A stretch of 64,000 nt of DNA, from the NCBI RefSeq assembly GCF_009914755.1, contig NC_060929.1; one strand, written 5' to 3'. The stretch's first letter is position 1; every line of letters starts with the position of its first letter. Made by a program: the position numbers and the translations under genes. The notes beneath the pieces were generated by a model that worked only from the letters and a program-made list of their open reading frames with translations, searched no databases and was not told the DNA's origin. The DNA is from the human T2T-CHM13v2.0 reference genome, Homo sapiens. Shown piece by piece: positions 55,017-64,000 of the stretch.

Positions 55017-56033
55017 TTACATTTTGGCATGATTTTGCAGCGGTTGGTACCGGTTGTTCCTTACCATGTTTAGTGCTTCCTTCAGGAGCTCTTTTAGGGC
55101 AGGCCTGGTGGTGACAAAATCTCTCAGCATTTGCTTTTCTGTAAAGTATTTTATTTCTCCTTCACTTATGAAGCTTAGTTTGGCTGGATATGAAATTCTG
55201 GGTTGAAAATTCTTTTCTTTAAGAATGTTGAATATTGGCCCCCACTCTCTTTTGGCTTGTAGAGTTTCTGCCGAGAGATCCGCTGTTAGTCTGATGGGCT
55301 TCCCTTTGAGGGTAACCCGACCTTTCTCTCTGGCTGCCCTTAACATTTTTTCCTTCATTTCAACTTTGGTGAATCTGACAATTATGTGTCTTGGAGTTGC
55401 TCTTCTCGAGGAGTATCTTTGTGGCATTCTCTGTATTTCCTGAATCTGAATGTTGGCCTGCCTTGCTAGATTGGGGAAGTTCTCCTGGATAATATCCTGC
55501 AGAGTGTTTTCCAACTTGGTTCCATTCTCCCCGTCACTTTCAGGTACACCAATCAGACGTAGATTTGGTCTTTTCACATAGTCCCATATTTCTTGGAGGC
55601 TTTGTTCGTTTCTTCTTATTCTTTTTTCTCTAAACTTCCCTTCTCTCTTCATTTCATTCATTTCATCTTCCATCGCTGATACCCTTTCTTCCAATTGATC
55701 GCATTGGCTCCTGAGGCTTCTGCATTCTTCACGTAGTTCTTGAGCCTTGGTTTTCAGCTCCATCAGCTCCTTTAAGCACTTCTCTGTATTGATTATTCTA
55801 GTTATACATTCTTCTAAACTTTTTTCAAAGTTTTCAACTTCTTTGCCTTTGGTTTGAATTTCCTCCCATAGCTTGGAGTAATTTGATCGTTTGAAGCCTT
55901 CTTCTCTCAGCTGGTCAAAGTCATTCTCTGTCCAGCTTTGCTCTGTTGCTGGTGAGGAACTGCGTTCCTTTGGAGGAGGAGAGGCGCTTTGCTTTTTAGC
56001 GTTTCCAGTTTTTCTACTCTGTTTTTTCCCCAT
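55017..56033 (-). CDS. LINE-1 ORF1p, open 338-aa frame (coiled coil, RRM, CTD)
   Basis: MGKKQSRKTG...IWDYVKRPNLRLIGVPE...YPAKLSF...PLQNHAKM, canonical length; carries T203M and R261K relative to L1HS. Confidence 0.95.
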   Translation of the reverse strand: MGKKQSRKTGNAKKQSASPPPKERSSSPATEQSWTENDFDQLREEGFKRSNYSKLWEEIQTKGKEVENFEKSLEECITRIINTEKCLKELMELKTKAQELREECRSLRSQCDQLEERVSAMEDEMNEMKREGKFREKRIRRNEQSLQEIWDYVKRPNLRLIGVPESDGENGTKLENTLQDIIQENFPNLARQANIQIQEIQRMPQRYSSRRATPRHIIVRFTKVEMKEKMLRAAREKGRVTLKGKPIRLTADLSAETLQAKREWGPIFNILKEKNFQPRISYPAKLSFISEGEIKYFTEKQMLRDFVTTRPALKELLKEALNMVRNNRYQPLQNHAKM

Positions 56034-56942
56034 CTTTGTGGTTTTATCTACTTTTGGTCTTTGATGGTGGTGATGTACAGATGGGTTTTTGGTGTGGATG
56101 TCCTTTCTGTTTGTTAGTTTTCCTTCTAACAGACAGGACCCTCAGCTGCAGGTCTGTTGGAATACCCTGCCGTGTGAGGTGTCAGTGTGCCCCTGCTGGG
56201 GGGTGCCTCCGAGTTAGGCTGCTCAGGGGTCAGGGGTCAGGGCCCCACTTGAGGAGGCAGTCTGCCCATTCTCAGATCTCCAGCTGCGTGCTGGGAGAAC
56301 CACTGCTCTCTTCAAAGCTGTCAGACAGGGACATTTAAGTCTGCAGAGGTCACTGCTGTCTTTTTGTTTGTCTGTGCCCTGCCCTCAGAGGTGGAGCCTA
56401 CAGAGGCAGGCAGGCCTCCTTGAGCTGTGGTGGGCTCCACCCAGTTGGAGCTTCCTGGCTGCTTTGTTTACCTAAGCAAGCCTGGGCAACTGGCGGGCGC
56501 CCCTTCCCCAGCCTCACTGCCGACTTGCAGTTTGATCTCAGACTGCTGTGCTAGCAATCAGGGAGACTCCGTGGGCGTAGGACCCTTGAGCCAGGTGCCG
56601 GATATAATCTAATTTCCTGGTGCGCCATTTTTTAAGCCCGTGGGAAAAGTGCAGTCTCTGGGTGGGAGTGACCCGATTTTCCAGGTGCCGTCTGTCACCC
56701 CTTTGTTTGACTAGGAAAGGGAACTCCCTGACCCCTTGCACTTCCCGAGTGAGGCAATGCCTCACCCTGCTTCGGCTCACGAACGGTGCACGCACCCACT
56801 GACCTGCGCCCACTATCTGGCACTCCCTAGTGAGATGAACCTGGTACCTCAGATGGAAATGCAGAAATCACCAGTCTTCTGCGTTGCTCACGCTGGGAGC
56901 TGTAGACAGGAGCTGTTCCTATTCGGCCATCTTGGCTCCTCC
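56034..56942 (-). promoter_or_regulatory. L1 5' UTR internal sense promoter (YY1 site) and antisense promoter region
   Basis: CAAGATGGCCG YY1 motif intact at ~56925-56935; partly retained CpGs; the antisense promoter would fire toward higher coordinates. Confidence 0.8.
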
Positions 56943-57009
56943 TTTTTGAGGTGACCTTTTAAGTACATAAACTTCATCCTGTTATTGCATCCCTTAGTCT
57001 TAAACCGAA

Positions 57010-57262
57010 TGACAGTGTAACATAGAGAGAAGGCACAAAGCACAGGGTTTAAGTGGGTGGGCTCTGAAGCTAGAGGTTCCTGTCTTCGTTTTGCTCTTTG
57101 GATTCTTTGATTTTTTAAGATTATAAACTCAGTAGGCTGTGCTATAAAATGACCTGTTAATAAATATCTACCCATATGGGGTTGTTGTAGGACTAAATGA
57201 AATAGCTCATATAGAGCACTTGAAATACTGTTTGGTGCATAGAATCACTTGATATTATTATT
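57010..57262. mobile_element. MIR SINE
   Basis: GGCTCTGAAGCTAGA...GGGTTGTTGTAGGACTAAATGAAATAG...AGAGCACTTG. Confidence 0.6.
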
Positions 57263-57299
57263 GATATCAAAATATTAGAGACTATTATGTCAAATAGGA

Positions 57300-57792
57300 C
57301 AGTCTTAACATGGCCCACAAGCTTTCCATCATCTGCTTGTGTCCACCTCTCCAAGCTCACCTCCTGCTGCTCCTTTCTCATTACCCACCAGACACAGTAG
57401 TATTTTGTTTTGTGTTCTAGTTTCTCAGGATCAACAAACTTTTTTACACTGCCAAATCTTTGCTATTCTCTCAACAGGGGATGTTTTTGTCAGACGTATC
57501 TTTTAGTTTCAACTGAAATGTCCTTTTCTTAAAAAAGACTTCCATGGATCCCTCATTGAAATTACCTCCATCTGTGATTATCTAGCACATTACCATAATC
57601 TTCTAATTTGTGGCATGCTTTATAATTTGAATTTATATTTAATTGTATGCTTATTTAATGCCCACCTTTGCATGAGTGTAGGAAATCACGCATGATTGGT
57701 TTAATAACTTACCTCACCTCAAGTACTCAACAGAGTGCTTGGCCATGGAAAGTGATTGATAGGTATTATTGAATAAAGGAATGAATAAATGA
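57300..57792 (+). mobile_element. L2 3' end
   Basis: Ends ACAGAGTGCTTGGCCAT...TATTGAATAAAGGAATGAATAAATGA, an L2-type tail. Confidence 0.6.
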
Positions 57793-58221
57793 TAATACAT
57801 ATTTAGAAAGCAAGACCTTTTGGATAAATTAGGTATTTGGGTGAGAGGCAGCAGTTGAAACTAACATAAAATATTAGAAAGCCTAATTGAGAAGATACTA
57901 ACAGGGCAAACAGTTGCTTAAATAATTTGCCTTGGTGATAATAAAGTAGTAGTTTTTGAGTCCTTGTTATGTGTCAGGTATTTGACTAAACATTTAATAT
58001 ATCATCTCCTTTAATTTTTACAAAATTCCTAAAAATTAGGTACTATTGTTAGCCTCCTTTGGCATAGCTTGGATTTGGTAAAACTGACATTTTAACTGAT
58101 CTATTTGACTTTTAAGGTAAGCTACTCTTAGGAGCTGAATTACACATTTGCTATTAATTTTTACCTCATTTTGAATGCTATCTCATTTAGGCTATTATCT
58201 CCTTGTATGAAATATACCAAT

Positions 58222-58720
58222 TTTTAAAAAAATTATTGAAATGTAGTTTAACACAACAAAATTGACATAATTTAAGTGTACAGCTCAAAGATTTCTGGTA
58301 AGTGTACAGAATTATGTAATAACCACTATTATGACATAAAACATTTCCAACACCAGACAAAGTTCCTTTTTGTCCTTCAGCAGTTTGTCCCTTTTCCCAT
58401 CCCTTATCCCTGGCAACTACTGATCTACTTCCTATCTCTCTAGTTTTCCTTTCCCCCAGTGTGGTGTAAATTGAATGATACAGTATAAACTCTTTTGTGT
58501 CTAACTCTTTTCACTTAAGGAAATGTTTTGGATCCATCTGCATCAAGGCAAAACCATGGTTAATTCCTTTTTACTGTCAAGTAGTACTCTTGCATATGAG
58601 TGTCACATTTTTGTTGTCTGTTTACCAGTTGATAGATATTTGAGTTGATCCTAGTTTGGGGCTAACATGAATAAAGCTGCATGAACATTGGTGTACAGGT
58701 CTTAACGTGAACATGCATCC
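58222..58720 (-). mobile_element. L1M (L1MC/ME-like) 3' UTR fragment
   Basis: TTTAAGTGTACAGCTC...CCCTGGCAACTACTGATCTAC...GAATAAAGCTGCATGAACATT. Confidence 0.7.
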
Positions 58721-61700
58721 ATTAGATTTTAGACAGTGAGGTATTTGAAAATGGACACAAACTCAGCTTTTAATGAGATCCTTACTGGAGGACCTTTAAA
58801 TGAGAACCATTAGTAGTTAATTTTTCCACTTTATGTGATCTCTGTTTTCAATGGAAACTTTCTCTACCCTAATTAAAAAACATGATTTTAAAGCCATGAA
58901 AGACATATCAACAATAAATAACTTAAATTTCTTGATTCTTTCCATACAGAATCTTTACTCCTTCATTTGTCAACTAAAGAATGGCAGTACATGGTAATAA
59001 TTTTTAATTTTCTCAATATTGGCAAAAAGAACTCTCAGATATAACTCTTGGACTAAGGCATTCCATAAAATTGCAATGTAACTTCCAAATCCATGGGTGT
59101 GTACTTTATGTTTGGAAGAAATTAATACCCAAGGTGTTGGGAAACTAAAGATCTTTTTAAGAAGGTGACTGAGTAAAATGAAAGGGCAAATGATAAACTA
59201 TTTCAAAGTAAATACACTATGATTAAAAATGTTAATAATGGATTTTCATGATTGATAATATTGACATAGTTTAAAGCTCATTCTTTGAGACAAATATGTT
59301 TTAAGTAAGACTTAAACTCTGTAAAATTTGTTTTTGTAGCTGCTTTTTCCCACAAATGAATCAGCGTTAGTTTTCCGTCATAATTGGTATTGCAATTCTT
59401 CCTTGCTTTTGACTGGCCAGTGGTTAAGGATGAGGCTTTCTAACATGTCAAGTGTTGTGTGTATTTCCACCTCAAAATATGTTGGAGAAGAGCTCTCAGA
59501 AGTTTTCTTTCCCAAGAGACTCAAGTCTTTGCTTTCAAATATCCTACAAAGTCAATTTATCATTAATCCCACAGAGTTCTATTTTTGTGTCCACATGTAG
59601 TTTAATTTCCTTGGATTTTGAATGTAACATTGTTAACCTTTCTATATTATAAATTTATAAAAATATCTTTGTTTTCAAAGTAATCCCAGGTCTAGGAAAA
59701 TACAAAATTTGAGAGGCAGTATTTAAATTATTATATTTGCTATGGTTGCCTAAAATTCTAATATAGAAATGTGTTATGGAAAAAAAGAAAAACAAAGCAA
59801 AAATTCACTCCACTCTAACTTCCAAGGCAGTTCCAATACCTATTTAATTACAGAAGCAGAGATATCAAGCTGTGAATGAATATTGCTCTATCTTTTACCA
59901 CCTCTTTTCTTTCTTTCTGTTTCTCAGTTTGTGAAGGGAAATACATGAATACAGGACAAGGTCAGGCAAAGGAACACTCATTACTAGCTAGCATTTTGGC
60001 CCCAAACCCCAATGCAGTCTCTTGCTCAGCTAAGTAGGAACATGTAGAAAACTAATTTGCTTAGATTTATAGCCATATCAGTCAAAGCACTCTCTTTCAC
60101 ATCGTATCTCAGGTCTTATGACTTTAGTAATAAAGAATGGCCAGGCTAGGTCATACCAGGTGAAAAGAATAGAGATTTCCTCTCTGTCTCAAAAAGAGTT
60201 GGACTAGATTGCTCATGGCTTAATCCACTCAGCTTGAGAAAAAAAGCCTCACACAAAGGAAAAAGAGTCAAGAGGAAGCCGGAGAAAGGGAAGATGGATG
60301 ACCTCAGGCCTCTCACACACTGTCCTTCAATTTCAAGGGCTAAGCATTCTGCTACGCTATCTTTCCCCTCAAGACCTATGAAAGGAAATTCATATAAAAA
60401 GAGATAGAGGGGACATTTCCCTTAATACATTTTCTTCTGTTCCCACTAAATCCGATCCTAATTCATCCCAATAAATGTTTATTATTTTGATTAATCAATA
60501 AGCAACAGTCCTCCTTCATAGAGGTAGGGTGAGAAGAGAGACAAGTTTTGAACTGGCTGCACTAAGTTCACTGTGTATACATTGAGTTTCCTGAGCCTTG
60601 AGTGTAACACCATCAACTCTCTTCTATTCTGATTACCTCATAGGCTTTTTGTTTTGAGATAAATCATAGTTCAAAAATATTTATTCTTCTGTACTATATT
60701 GATTCTGTTAATCATCTAAAACTTTATTACCAATGGAGTTGATGTTGGAAAAGATGACTGAGCCCCAGTCCCTGGAGCACTATCATACGTACCTAGTTTA
60801 CTTTTGGGGGCATCCATGATCTTACATTATTAATCTACAGAGGCAGCCCTGCAAGGCCTCCAAACAGACTTAACACAACTCATAGTTTAATATCAATACA
60901 ATTTCATGACTCTGTTTCTGATGTACTAAATGTTAGCAATCATCAGTAGTCTGAAGAATATACTGGATCTCTTTTAAACCAGAAAGCTTTTTGTTTATAT
61001 TAATTTACGTGGCTGCCTATGAATTTATGAAATATGCAATTATTGCTCTCAGCTAATGTATGGTTTTACAGATCTAATGTGAAATTGAGAATCAATTTTG
61101 ATTTAAATGTGCTTTAAAATTGCATGTAATAAAATGTATAGGTCTTTGGTGGTGGGAAGACAGAGGGATACAAGGACTAACTGAATATGTCCAGAGAAAG
61201 TAATTTAAAACTGTTTTCTTTATATCAGAATTTCTGCACAGCACTGTGATATAATCAAGTAATTATATACATTGAGCCCTTTCTTTCTCTAAACATCACT
61301 CAAGTGGAAGCCATGAAGATTGGTGACAAAGTGATGTTTTATCTTTTCCTGTGTGTCAGCTGGGCTGGCTGTAAATGTATCCTGGTGATTTCACCTTTTT
61401 AACTCTCTGTAAATAAAACTTCAATTTGTTATTTTAACTCAAACTAAATTCACCCAATACACTGTGGCATATTTCTTCAAATACCCAGATTTCAATTGCT
61501 TTCTAATTAGTAAAAAATTGGGAAATGTTTTCTGGAATTAATGAGATGTAACAGACATATCATTTAATCAACAACCCCTCACTTTCTTTGCTATTCGTAC
61601 TACTTCTTGGAGATTTCAGTATTAATATTTTTTTCAGTTTTGCAAGAACTTACTTGTAAAAGCAAATTGTTCCTTTTAAATAATCTAATATTATATCTGA

Positions 61701-62079
61701 AACAAGCAATGTGTTTACTAAGTTGAGTAAATATTTCACTGCCAGTATTAAAATGACATGTAAAGTGTTTTATAATGGTGAAGCACAAGCCTTATAATGT
61801 TAAAATTAGGAAGCAAAGTCATTTCAGAGACAATATACCAGGGGGATGTCTTACGAGTTAAATATTACTTAATTCAGAGAAACAGAGTAAAGTGTTACCC
61901 TACTATTACCAAAATATGTTAACATCTTACCTTGTTGGAAATCTGTGACTTACTCCTCAAATTTGGGGAGTTTATTTTATTTTATTTTTTTTGGTCATTA
62001 TGTAGCCATTATCCACAGACTTCTCTCTCTTTTCTTCGATTTTAGTGTTAGTTCATTCTTTTTGACTTGCATGCCTTAT

Positions 62080-63925
<1,846 letters not shown>

Positions 63926-63928
63926 TCC

Positions 63929-64000
63929 TGCTATGGTTTGAATGTATCTCCTCCAAATTTCAGGTGTTATCAGTGTGATAGTATTAAGAGGTGAGACTTT
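63929..64000 (+). mobile_element. Start of an MST-type MaLR LTR, cut by the window edge
   Basis: TGCTATGGTTTGAATGTATCTCCTCCAAA...GTGATAGTATTAAGAGGTGAGAC. Confidence 0.75.

Noticed and set aside
58730-61950. Second repeat-poor stretch as a possible exon-containing region
   Set aside because: No recognisable coding frame or convincing paired splice sites; cannot be supported without conservation data.

Overview
Primate (human or great-ape) non-coding genomic DNA: AT-rich, CpG-depleted and dominated by transposable elements. I can support no host protein-coding exon. Main contents: a processed RPL35A pseudogene with target-site duplication (TSD) (13686-14163, -); a solo LTR12C with 4-bp TSD and an expanded 160-bp CCAAT array (17132-18998, +); a near-complete, very old ERV-L provirus with LTR33-like LTRs and pro/RT/IN/dUTPase remnants, invaded by four later elements (~37507-45423, +); a full-length L1PA2/L1PA3 with open ORF1 but dead ORF2 (50848-56942, -); an L1-in-L1 nest; two Alus and one Alu monomer; many MaLR LTRs, hAT DNA transposons, MIR, L2 and L1M relics. 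Most ORFs in the track are spurious repeat-derived frames. I found no convincing undescribed biological system. The most unusual signals are small-scale: a probable templated insertion copied from ~1 kb away, a perfect 35-bp duplication carrying RUNX/ETS motifs inside a repeat-free enhancer-like block, a possible short L1 3' transduction, and the multilayer ERV-L nest. Subfamily names come from my recall of consensus sequences and need RepeatMasker/Dfam confirmation; boundaries of the old elements are approximate.
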